Of a stretch of 30,833 nt of DNA, positions 18,248-26,216 are shown piece after piece. The translations under genes were made by a program, and so were the position numbers. This stretch comes from Candidatus Hodarchaeum mangrovi (GTDB lineage: Archaea; Asgardarchaeota; Heimdallarchaeia; Hodarchaeales; Hodarchaeaceae): assembly GCA_016839515.1 (NCBI GenBank), contig JAEOUE010000168.1, forward strand, positions 1 to 30,833. The letters are read 5' to 3'. Under the pieces are notes generated by a model. That model was not told where the DNA came from. It saw nothing but the letters and a program-made list of their open reading frames with translations, and did not search any database. Within the stretch, counting starts at the first letter, position 1. Each line of letters begins with the position of its first letter.

Positions 18248-18970
18248 TTATCCAATCGAACTAACTTGAACATCAGCTCTATCTTCAATTCTATCAACGT
18301 ATCCGTCCCTGATCCAGATAATGCGATCACTAATTGAAATCATTTTCAAATCATGGGTTGCTGTAATAATTGTAGTCCCCCTTTCATTGTTTAACTTCCT
18401 TAGTAGTTCAATTATTTCAAGTCCAGTTGCTAAATCAAGGTTTGCAGTTGGTTCATCTGCAAGTACAATGGCAGGATCATTAGCTAATGCCCGAGCAATT
18501 GCAACACGCTGTTGTTGACCACCACTTAACTGACCAGGTTTGTTCTTCATACGATCTCCAAGCCCTACTGTCATTAATAGTTCTTTTGATCGCTTTCTTC
18601 TTTCCTCTCGTGGAATCCCAGCAAAAATCATCGGTGTTTCAATATTTTCTTGCGCTGTGAATGCTAATAAAAGATTGAATGTCTGAAAAATATAGCCAAT
18701 CTTTCGATTACGTAACCATGCCAATTCGTATGCATCAAGTTCTGCTATATCGACCTGATCAATGAAAATTTGTCCTGAATCAACTATATCAAGACCCCCT
18801 ATGGCATTGAATAACGTACTCTTACCTGACCCTGATGGCCCCATAATAGAAATGTATTCTTCTCTTTTAATCTTGAATGAAATTCCTTGAAGTGCATGGA
18901 CTTCTACTTTACCAAGGTAATAAGTTTTATATACATCGGAGATTTCAACAACGTTTTCAGTTAAACTCAT
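18248..18970 (-). CDS. ABC transporter ATP-binding protein, MacB/LolD family
   Basis: [50 protein letters not shown]; GAGGAG RBS. Confidence 0.95.
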   Translation of the reverse strand: MSLTENVVEISDVYKTYYLGKVEVHALQGISFKIKREEYISIMGPSGSGKSTLFNAIGGLDIVDSGQIFIDQVDIAELDAYELAWLRNRKIGYIFQTFNLLLAFTAQENIETPMIFAGIPREERRKRSKELLMTVGLGDRMKNKPGQLSGGQQQRVAIARALANDPAIVLADEPTANLDLATGLEIIELLRKLNNERGTTIITATHDLKMISISDRIIWIRDGYVDRIEDRADVQVSSIG

Positions 18971-18984
18971 GGTTGACTCCTCTA

Positions 18985-19587
18985 TTAATTTTCATAACGT
19001 AAAGCTTCCGCTGGGGATAGACTTGCTGCACGACGAGCAGGAACATAAGTAGCTAAGGCAGAAAGTATCATTGAAACTAGGACTGAAGTTACTAATAGAA
19101 TTAAAAAGAAAAAGATATTATCTTGTATAAAGAGACTGATTTCGTTAAAAGAAAAACGATTAAGATTAATTATAACCCCAAAAAGCATTCCAATAAAACC
19201 TCCAAGACTTCCTCCTAAAATACCAAGAAGAAGTGCTTCAATAATAAATAACCGGACAATATGGTTGTCCAACCCACCTATACATTTGTAAACTCCTATC
19301 TCTTTAACTCGTTCATTTACAGCCATCAACATACTATTTGTGATTCCACCAAAGCAAACGACTAATGAAATTCCTACTAGCCAGAATTGATAAGCTTCAA
19401 TCCCTGTTTCAGCTTGCAATTCCCTTAATATAAAGTAACTAGTTAATAAAGCGACCATAAATGCTATTCCTAGTATTATACCCAGTGCTGTGATAACTGA
19501 TCGAAAAAATCTTCTTCTTATATTTGAAACAGATAAAAATAACATTTCCCCAATGGTAAAATTAGGTTCTGGAAGATCTAAACTCAA
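18985..19587 (-). CDS. Minimal FtsX-like ABC permease (4 TM, no ectodomain)
   Basis: RRRFFRSVITALGIILGIAF; ITNSMLMAVNERVKEIGVYKCIG; PARRAASLSPAEALRYE C-terminus. The TTG start overlaps the upstream TGA stop (TTGA); GGAGG RBS. Confidence 0.9.
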   Translation of the reverse strand: MSLDLPEPNFTIGEMLFLSVSNIRRRFFRSVITALGIILGIAFMVALLTSYFILRELQAETGIEAYQFWLVGISLVVCFGGITNSMLMAVNERVKEIGVYKCIGGLDNHIVRLFIIEALLLGILGGSLGGFIGMLFGVIINLNRFSFNEISLFIQDNIFFFLILLVTSVLVSMILSALATYVPARRAASLSPAEALRYEN

Positions 19588-19955
19588 TATTCGCCCTCCA
19601 TTTTTTTACTCAATAGACCTTTCTTTATTTTTTTCCATGTTACATTTTTTTCAGTGATGTCAACCAAATGTTGTCTTAGGATTTTTACTGTTTCACCTTC
19701 ATTTATTCGCGTGCTATTCCAAGTAACGTAAGGAGCGTAAAAACGTCCTCGTTCAAATTTGATTTGATCATTTTCAAAACTAAACTTTAAAAACCCTAAT
19801 TCTCTTAGATAGCAGTATTCATTTGGACAAAGAATATCAATCTCCCCCATATCTTTTTTGAGATAGAGCAAAAGGTAATCTGTATAATCTTTGATTATTT
19901 GTCCACATGGACACTGTATTTGGTTTGTTTTATCCTCTAAGGCCAAACTATACAC
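19584..19955 (-). CDS. Small hypothetical protein with CxC...CxxxxC (putative Zn-binding)
   Basis: 123 aa; IQCPCGQ and ILCPNEYC; first gene of the ABC operon with a 4-nt overlap into the permease. Probable start is TTG 19946 behind an AGGTG RBS. Confidence 0.75.
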   Translation of the reverse strand: MYSLALEDKTNQIQCPCGQIIKDYTDYLLLYLKKDMGEIDILCPNEYCYLRELGFLKFSFENDQIKFERGRFYAPYVTWNSTRINEGETVKILRQHLVDITEKNVTWKKIKKGLLSKKMEGEY

Positions 19956-20173
19956 CTTTAAATATTAAAATAAACTTATTTCTTAAAGAGAAATTGATCT
20001 TAAATTTTGTTAAGCACTCTTTTAATAAATTATGTCATAAAAGTTGTGTACAAAATTCTTGAAAATAAATGACTATATAAATTTAGATCTAATATCAAAC
20101 TTGCAAGCCTTCTTTTGTGTATATTCTGCTAAATATCATGAAATAATTTACCTTATTTTCAAAAAGAATGCCT

Positions 20174-22042
20174 TTACTTCTTCGGTCTTAGCTCTAGGAA
20201 AAGAACCATACCTAGTGCGATCACAGATACTCCAACAAAAAGAATTATGATAATTTCATCATTTCGTGGACTGGGAATAGAAGTTGTTGTAGGTTCTGTA
20301 GTAGTAGTAGTATCTTGTAATTCATATGGTTCCATTGTAATTTTTGCAGTCCCAAGAGCTGGTAATGTTATATTGAAGGTATCATCCATTAAAAAATTTC
20401 CCAAAAGATTTGAGCCATTGTAATATAAAGAATAAGAAGCTGGATAGTTTTTAATTCTAAATGTTAATGTTTTTTGCTGATTATATGGATTGAAGACGAT
20501 ATAATATCGATTTGTGGAGTTTATTGGATAATTACGCTCTAAAACGTTTAAATTAAGAATCATGGCATTTTGGTCCAAGGATTCTCCCAATGCTTCAAAC
20601 AATAAATACAACCAAAGTGTCTCCCCAGCACCGTAAATTTCTTTACCGTTATAACCAGCCTTTAGTGGATCAGGATCGTAAGTCCCTCTTGATTGATAAT
20701 AACTTATATCCTCATATGGAATATATTGAGCAGTAATTGGACCATAAAATCGTTCATACACATCTGGGACACAAGGACTAAAGAAATAAAAGTGCTTAAT
20801 TCGATTTAAATTCATAATTTTCAATGGTTCTATGACTTTAAATGTAGGTGAATCATAAAGATGTTTAATATAATCTACCCAAAATAGGATTGTCTCAATA
20901 TTTTCCTTAGCTGCAGGAGCATCAATACCACCTAAACCTAGTTCTTTAGGATTTGCATAAGGGGAATGCATACCATCTTGCCAATTTGTTGGTAACCAAG
21001 GACAATCTTGAGGATTAAATCCGAAATTCCAATCTATTTTTCCATTATCATAATATAAGATTTCTGTCCCAGCATAAAATAATTCAGTAGCTAATTGTTG
21101 AAAGTTTGTTGTTGAATTTATTAAATCTGCGTATTGAATCAATCTAGCAGCTGCAGCAACCCCAGCTGACACTTCTTGTGGTTCATACATTAGGTTAAAT
21201 GGAGGAGTTACAGATCTCATTGCTAATAATGATTTTTCCGCTTCCTCTAAATAAGTAAAATTTCCAGTCATTTCATAAGCGTCAATTAAGCTATAAGCCA
21301 TTAGACCAACGGTACAATAATTTATATTACCATTTTCTATTGCCTGTTTTGTTTCAACAATGACAAATTGAGGAAATAAATAGTTAAAATTGGAAGCCAT
21401 TTCAAGAGCACTGTTTAATGACCCATAATAAGGCTCAACAAGGACAGATTCATTAGAAATATAAAGTAAATGTCCCCATTTCAGTACACTATTTTCCATA
21501 AAATACCAACTATCATGCGTTGTTTCCCCTGGTCCATTTGTAGCTTGTTTATATACAGGAGAATAATAGAGTGGTAAACTTTGAATAAATTCATCCAATT
21601 CATCAGATCGTGTTGAATTAGGATGTAATTCTAAATACCTATAGAGAGGCCAAATCACATCCATAGTAGCTATTAATTCCGTACTATCACGAGTCCAGTC
21701 TGAACCTCCCCAACCATCTGCACCTTTTACATAAGGGCGAAAACTTCTCCGATTCCCTCCTATATCCAACCAACTAACATCATATGTCAAGAGTTCTTCA
21801 ATACTTTTCTCTGAGAAATCAGTCCAAGTTGTTGCATTCTCTGGAAATTCAGCATAAGCTGGGAGAGTGGAGATAGCAGACTTACGAGTATCAAAGAGAC
21901 TTTCCCAAGTAAAATCAACATTATGAATGATATTATTTTCTGTATTAGTTGAAATGATAACTGTAGAAGCAATGGTTAATGCGTGAGTAATAAGCAAGAG
22001 AAATGCAATTTTTAATATTTTATAAGACCCTATTCTTGACAT
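20174..22042 (-). CDS. Putative (alpha/alpha)6 glycan-active enzyme of unassigned family, paralogue 3 (signal peptide, Thr-rich linker, C-terminal TM anchor)
   Basis: 622 aa; signal peptide; HDSWYFMEN, YEPQE, PAAKENIET, YIPYED, GKEIYGAGE; QDTTTTTEPTTTS linker, then hydrophobic helix and RPKK; GAGGA RBS. Confidence 0.7.
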   Translation of the reverse strand: MSRIGSYKILKIAFLLLITHALTIASTVIISTNTENNIIHNVDFTWESLFDTRKSAISTLPAYAEFPENATTWTDFSEKSIEELLTYDVSWLDIGGNRRSFRPYVKGADGWGGSDWTRDSTELIATMDVIWPLYRYLELHPNSTRSDELDEFIQSLPLYYSPVYKQATNGPGETTHDSWYFMENSVLKWGHLLYISNESVLVEPYYGSLNSALEMASNFNYLFPQFVIVETKQAIENGNINYCTVGLMAYSLIDAYEMTGNFTYLEEAEKSLLAMRSVTPPFNLMYEPQEVSAGVAAAARLIQYADLINSTTNFQQLATELFYAGTEILYYDNGKIDWNFGFNPQDCPWLPTNWQDGMHSPYANPKELGLGGIDAPAAKENIETILFWVDYIKHLYDSPTFKVIEPLKIMNLNRIKHFYFFSPCVPDVYERFYGPITAQYIPYEDISYYQSRGTYDPDPLKAGYNGKEIYGAGETLWLYLLFEALGESLDQNAMILNLNVLERNYPINSTNRYYIVFNPYNQQKTLTFRIKNYPASYSLYYNGSNLLGNFLMDDTFNITLPALGTAKITMEPYELQDTTTTTEPTTTSIPSPRNDEIIIILFVGVSVIALGMVLFLELRPKK

Positions 22043-22126
22043 CTAATTAATTCCTCATTTAATGACGGATAATTTTATGATTAATGTTTTTTATGATATA
22101 ATACCTAGATAAAAAGGAGAACAGCC

Positions 22127-23497
22127 TTAAAATTTAAATTGAGGTAATTCAGCTTTAAAAGCTTCTATATAAGCATTTGATAAGATTTCGGCTAATTCAA
22201 GATCACGAACCATTGGATCTAAAGCAAATGCTTGTGTTATAAGATCAATATCTCCTTTTATAGATCCCTGCGTTATTAATTTCGCAATAGATATTTCTTG
22301 ATTACAAATTGCTGCAATTGATTCTGGTAGAGAACCAATTTTTACTCCAGAAGCACCATATCTGTTTAAAAGACAAGGAACTTCCACTATTGCATCAGAA
22401 GGTAGATTTGTTATACATCCATTATTTTCAATATTTAAAGCAGGTTCATAGACATTTGTATTTGTTTCTATTGAATCTATGATTGTTGCAATTCTTTCAG
22501 CGACATCAGAATGTAAGTGACTAAGTGGAAGTTTATAATCGATCATATCCTGAATTTTTTTCATGTTTTTTATTTTATTTTCTTTATTTTCTTGAAAATT
22601 GAAAGGATAAAGATTAAATTTATCCCAATTCTCTTTTCTACTTGTATACGGTAAATACTCTGATATATGAGTTTCACCACCGACAGGTAGTTTCTTAAAG
22701 GTTTTTAGCATTCGTATTGTCAATGCTTCAAATTTTTTAGGTACTTGATCTAGATTCGCCCAGATTAGAGGGTAAATATCCTCATTTGTACCTTTTCTTC
22801 TGATATCGAGCATCCATGAGAAATGATTCAATCCAGCTGCTAATACTTCATATTCATTGAGTGAAGCATTTCGAATTTCCTGATATTCTGAAAGTTTATT
22901 ATTTCTTATCCTTTTTTGTAGGTCAGGAAGCATAATCCGGCCCAATATATAATGACCATGCCAAAATTGATGACAAAAACTAATACATTTCAGATTCGTG
23001 AGTTCATTTATAGCATAATGGATTCTAGGAAGTGGGTTGGTAAAATTTATTATCCAACTATCTGAAGCTAAATCTTGAATGTCATTAAAAACAGGTATTA
23101 GAACAGCAATGTTTCTAGCTGTGTGACCAAATGATCCAGGTCCTCCATTCTCAGCATAATGATAAATATCGAATTTTTTTCCTAGTTCGTAATCCTGACT
23201 CCAAGTATCGTCCCGATTAACCCCAATGATCAAAATAATATAATCCGCATCATGTAAAACCTCGCATCTATCAGTTGTCGACACGAGTTCCATTTTTGAC
23301 CCAAACTCATTTTTTATACGCTTAGCAAGCGAATAAACCATTTTAAGCTTATTTTCATCGATATCTACCATACAAAGGGTTCCATTGTCAAAATTCTTAT
23401 TTTTTAAGATGTCACCTAAAGTAACAAGATTAAACCCTGCGCTCCCTGCTCCAAGTGTAACAATTTTTGGATCATCTGACATAATTAAACCACTCAA
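22127..23497 (-). CDS. Glycoside hydrolase family 4 (NAD+/Mn2+-dependent), alpha-galactosidase-like
   Basis: KIVTLGAGS (NAD-binding), AENGGPGS, INFTNP, FCH, GLNHF, HISEY, NxGxIxNLPxDAIVEVP, AFALDPMV. Likely start is ATG 23482 (MSDDPK). Confidence 0.9.
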   Translation of the reverse strand: MSGLIMSDDPKIVTLGAGSAGFNLVTLGDILKNKNFDNGTLCMVDIDENKLKMVYSLAKRIKNEFGSKMELVSTTDRCEVLHDADYIILIIGVNRDDTWSQDYELGKKFDIYHYAENGGPGSFGHTARNIAVLIPVFNDIQDLASDSWIINFTNPLPRIHYAINELTNLKCISFCHQFWHGHYILGRIMLPDLQKRIRNNKLSEYQEIRNASLNEYEVLAAGLNHFSWMLDIRRKGTNEDIYPLIWANLDQVPKKFEALTIRMLKTFKKLPVGGETHISEYLPYTSRKENWDKFNLYPFNFQENKENKIKNMKKIQDMIDYKLPLSHLHSDVAERIATIIDSIETNTNVYEPALNIENNGCITNLPSDAIVEVPCLLNRYGASGVKIGSLPESIAAICNQEISIAKLITQGSIKGDIDLITQAFALDPMVRDLELAEILSNAYIEAFKAELPQFKF

Positions 23498-23521
23498 TAA
23501 TTCTAAGATGTTATTTTAAGC

Positions 23522-24568
23522 TTAATACTTAACAATCGTTTTTATATCATTAGAAGAACCTGCTTTCATCAAAGAAAACATATTTTTTAACTCATCTAAG
23601 GTATATTGCTTCGTTATTAAAGAGTTTATGTCAATCACATTTTTCTGAAGAATATCCATTGCATTCTGGTTTTCATAGGGATTAGTGAAACTACCAAAAA
23701 TGTGTAATTCGTTTTCATATACCTTAAAAATATCTAATGGAATCTCAGTACTAGGATTTGCAACTCCAAAGAGTAATGCTTGACCCCCGCGATTTAAAAT
23801 TTTGATTGACCCTATCGAAGTTTGTGCGCTTCCAACAGCTTCAACTGACAAATCTACTCCATTATTAGCAGTTTGTTTGGAAATAAAATCAATCATTGAA
23901 AATTCCATTGGATTAACAACTTGATCAGCTCCAAACTTTATTGCAAGCTCTCTTCGTAATTCTATTGGTTCAAAAACAAAAAGCTCAGACTTGAAAAGAT
24001 ATTTTATCAGTGAAATCATCATCAATCCAATTGGACCTGCACCAATAACAGCTGCAGTCTCGACAATGGAATTTTTCAGATTATTTAATCCATGAAGACA
24101 ACACGCAATAGGTTCCATGAAAAGTGCTTCTTTTAACGTGACTTTTGAAGGAATTTTAATAGCTGCACTTGCAGGACTTTTGATTAATTCTGCAAATCCT
24201 CCAGGTTCTGTTACTCCTAATGCTTTCCAGTTTAAACAAAAATGAGGACGCTTTTTCTTGCAATAATAACAATATTGAGAAGGTTTGATATTATAATTAA
24301 GGCAAGAAAGATTTGGATTAAGCGCTACACGATCTCCTACAAGATAATTTTTTACTTCTGAACCGATTTGGATAATTTTTCCTGAAAGCTCATGGCCTGG
24401 AACAAGAGGGTATTTTACAAATGGAACTTGTCCCTCATAGATATGTAAATCAGTCCCACATACTCCACAATAGGCAACTTCAACTAAAATTTCGTTATTA
24501 TTAATAGAAGGGTTCTGAATTTCTTCTAATTCAATTTTAAAGGGCTTTTCAAAGATTAAAGCTTTCAT
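23522..24568 (-). CDS. Zn-dependent medium-chain dehydrogenase (sugar/polyol dehydrogenase-like)
   Basis: CGVCGTD, GHE, structural-Zn Cys cluster, EPIACC, GAGPIG Rossmann motif; AGGTA RBS. Confidence 0.92.
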   Translation of the reverse strand: MKALIFEKPFKIELEEIQNPSINNNEILVEVAYCGVCGTDLHIYEGQVPFVKYPLVPGHELSGKIIQIGSEVKNYLVGDRVALNPNLSCLNYNIKPSQYCYYCKKKRPHFCLNWKALGVTEPGGFAELIKSPASAAIKIPSKVTLKEALFMEPIACCLHGLNNLKNSIVETAAVIGAGPIGLMMISLIKYLFKSELFVFEPIELRRELAIKFGADQVVNPMEFSMIDFISKQTANNGVDLSVEAVGSAQTSIGSIKILNRGGQALLFGVANPSTEIPLDIFKVYENELHIFGSFTNPYENQNAMDILQKNVIDINSLITKQYTLDELKNMFSLMKAGSSNDIKTIVKY

Positions 24569-24644
24569 CTAGAAAGATTACCTACCTTAAAGGAATTTTT
24601 AAAGGATTAAATTTAAATTCTTCTAAGGTATCTGGTGGACTTAT

Positions 24645-25577
24645 ATGAATTTTAAAGCAGTAGGTTGGGAACATATTCTTATCAATGTTCCAGAAAATTG
24701 GGAATTGGTGTTTCAAAAGGATCAAAAGAAATCAAAAAAACATGAAACAGGTTATTTTGGTTTTCGTGACTCATATCAAAAAAGACTAGAAATATCCTTT
24801 TCTAAGATTGATAAAAAACCACCAAAAGTCAGTTCAGTCCTTGCAGATTATTATAAATCACTCAAAAAAAGTAATCGGAAAATCACAATTAAAAAAGAAG
24901 CTTCAATGAAAGTCAATGAACATAATACAGAATATATTTACTGGGAATTAAAAAAAGAACAAATATTAGGGTATATTTTTTCTTGGATTTGTCCTGAATC
25001 AAATCGAATTTTAATTTGTACAACCCAATTTTCTATTGATGAAAAACCAGAAATGAAACAACAATTAATAGAATTAATTTCAAAACTAAAATGTCATTTT
25101 GATACTGACTTTATAATATGGTCAGCACCCAACCTTCAAATTTCAACACCTGTATATGAAATGTACCTACAAAAAAAGGTATTTCTTATAGGATTAACTT
25201 TTCTAGAATTTAAAGGAAAAAATTTATCTCTTTTGACATACAGAATTGGTTTAGCTAATCAAAAAATAAAAGATGAGAGTAATCTGCCAGAATGGTTTAA
25301 GGATAATTATAAGAAGGACCTTCCTAAAATCCCGCGTAATTTTCAGGTTGGGGAATTTTCTAAGTTGCATTATAAGAAAAAAGAGAATATTTGGAAGAGT
25401 TCGTATCATGTAGAATCGAAAATTCCGAAGAGAGGAATGTACTTTGAAATATATCTATGGCATAATTATGATAAAAACGACATTTATTGTCTAATTTTTA
25501 TATCTAAAACTCCTCCTTCATCTAAAAAAAGGGAAACTATAGAAAATATTACTAAATTAGCTATCATGGTTAATTAG
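24645..25577 (+). CDS. Hypothetical protein, possibly tandem PsbP/Mog1-like domains
   Basis: 310 aa, basic and soluble; GWEHILINVPENWEL N-terminus and WICPESNRILI; GGTGG RBS. Fold assignment is inference. Confidence 0.65.
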   Translation: MNFKAVGWEHILINVPENWELVFQKDQKKSKKHETGYFGFRDSYQKRLEISFSKIDKKPPKVSSVLADYYKSLKKSNRKITIKKEASMKVNEHNTEYIYWELKKEQILGYIFSWICPESNRILICTTQFSIDEKPEMKQQLIELISKLKCHFDTDFIIWSAPNLQISTPVYEMYLQKKVFLIGLTFLEFKGKNLSLLTYRIGLANQKIKDESNLPEWFKDNYKKDLPKIPRNFQVGEFSKLHYKKKENIWKSSYHVESKIPKRGMYFEIYLWHNYDKNDIYCLIFISKTPPSSKKRETIENITKLAIMVN

Positions 25578-25635
25578 TTTCTATTTTTTAGTAAATTAAA
25601 CTCGGAATCAAGAAAGGAGTTTGAATTATCTAGCT

Positions 25636-26085
25636 TCAGAAATCTAGAATAACTTTTTCAATAGAGACTCCTGATAATTTTCTTTGTCCAGCAATCTCTT
25701 CAGGAACAAGAAATCCGATTAAATGTCTCTCAGTTAAATTCATCAAAAATTTTTGGACAGATAACTCGGTTTCAGTCTGTGTTAGTTTATATTTCTCTTG
25801 AAAAATCTGAATGATATCCTTAACACGGTTCTTACCATCACATAACAAAAAAACATCCATTCCTAATTTATCAAGCTGGATCCTTTTGTAATCAGGTGTG
25901 GGTATATATCTTCGTATTTTACTTCTTTTTTTCAACTCTGAAATGTTGAGCTTCAGAAGTAATGAATCCTCTGTTCTTTTCTTCTGTTCTACAAAAGGGC
26001 TAATAACTGGTTTTAAACGATAAAATTCATTTTTGTCTACTACTAGTTGATTTGAGGCTTTCTTTCTTTTTCTTAAAAAAGACAA
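25636..26085 (-). CDS. PqqD family / RiPP recognition element (RRE)-like protein
   Basis: LDKLGMDVFLLCDGKNRVKDIIQIFQEKYKL...SVQKFLMNLTERHLI matches the PqqD winged-helix pattern; TTG start with AGGA upstream. Confidence 0.8.
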   Translation of the reverse strand: MSFLRKRKKASNQLVVDKNEFYRLKPVISPFVEQKKRTEDSLLLKLNISELKKRSKIRRYIPTPDYKRIQLDKLGMDVFLLCDGKNRVKDIIQIFQEKYKLTQTETELSVQKFLMNLTERHLIGFLVPEEIAGQRKLSGVSIEKVILDF

Positions 26086-26216
26086 TTGCTCTAGCTTCCT
26101 TAAAAAGAGTGATTATGATAGACCTATCAATTCTTCAGAGAATACATAAGATTTAATTCTTAATAATTTGTAAAATCAGGTAATTTAAAAACTCATTCTG
26201 ATTTTAATCTCCACCC

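Noticed and set aside
17770-18897. Direct repeats about 732 nt apart (caacacgctgttgttg; ccttgaagtgcat)
   Set aside because: Explained by paralogy of the two tandem ABC ATPases; not CRISPR or mobile-element repeats.
20044-20250. 68-aa plus-strand ORF, considered as a possible small peptide or RiPP precursor
   Set aside because: TTG start without RBS, overlaps the 3' end of 20174..22042 antisense and occupies the probable promoter of the ABC operon.
20298-20312. (GTA)5 microsatellite
   Set aside because: Encodes the Thr-rich linker of a surface protein; in-frame low complexity.
24240-24305. Unusual spacing of structural Zn cysteines in the dehydrogenase (C-x10-C-x2-C-x7-C)
   Set aside because: All four Cys are present; a loop insertion is ordinary variation in MDR enzymes.
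17246-26085. RiPP/PQQ biosynthetic cluster (PqqD + ABC transporter + 'peptidase')
   Set aside because: No radical SAM, YcaO, LanC/M, lasso cyclase or PqqB/C/E gene and no credible precursor in the window; the peptidase-like domain lacks catalytic residues.
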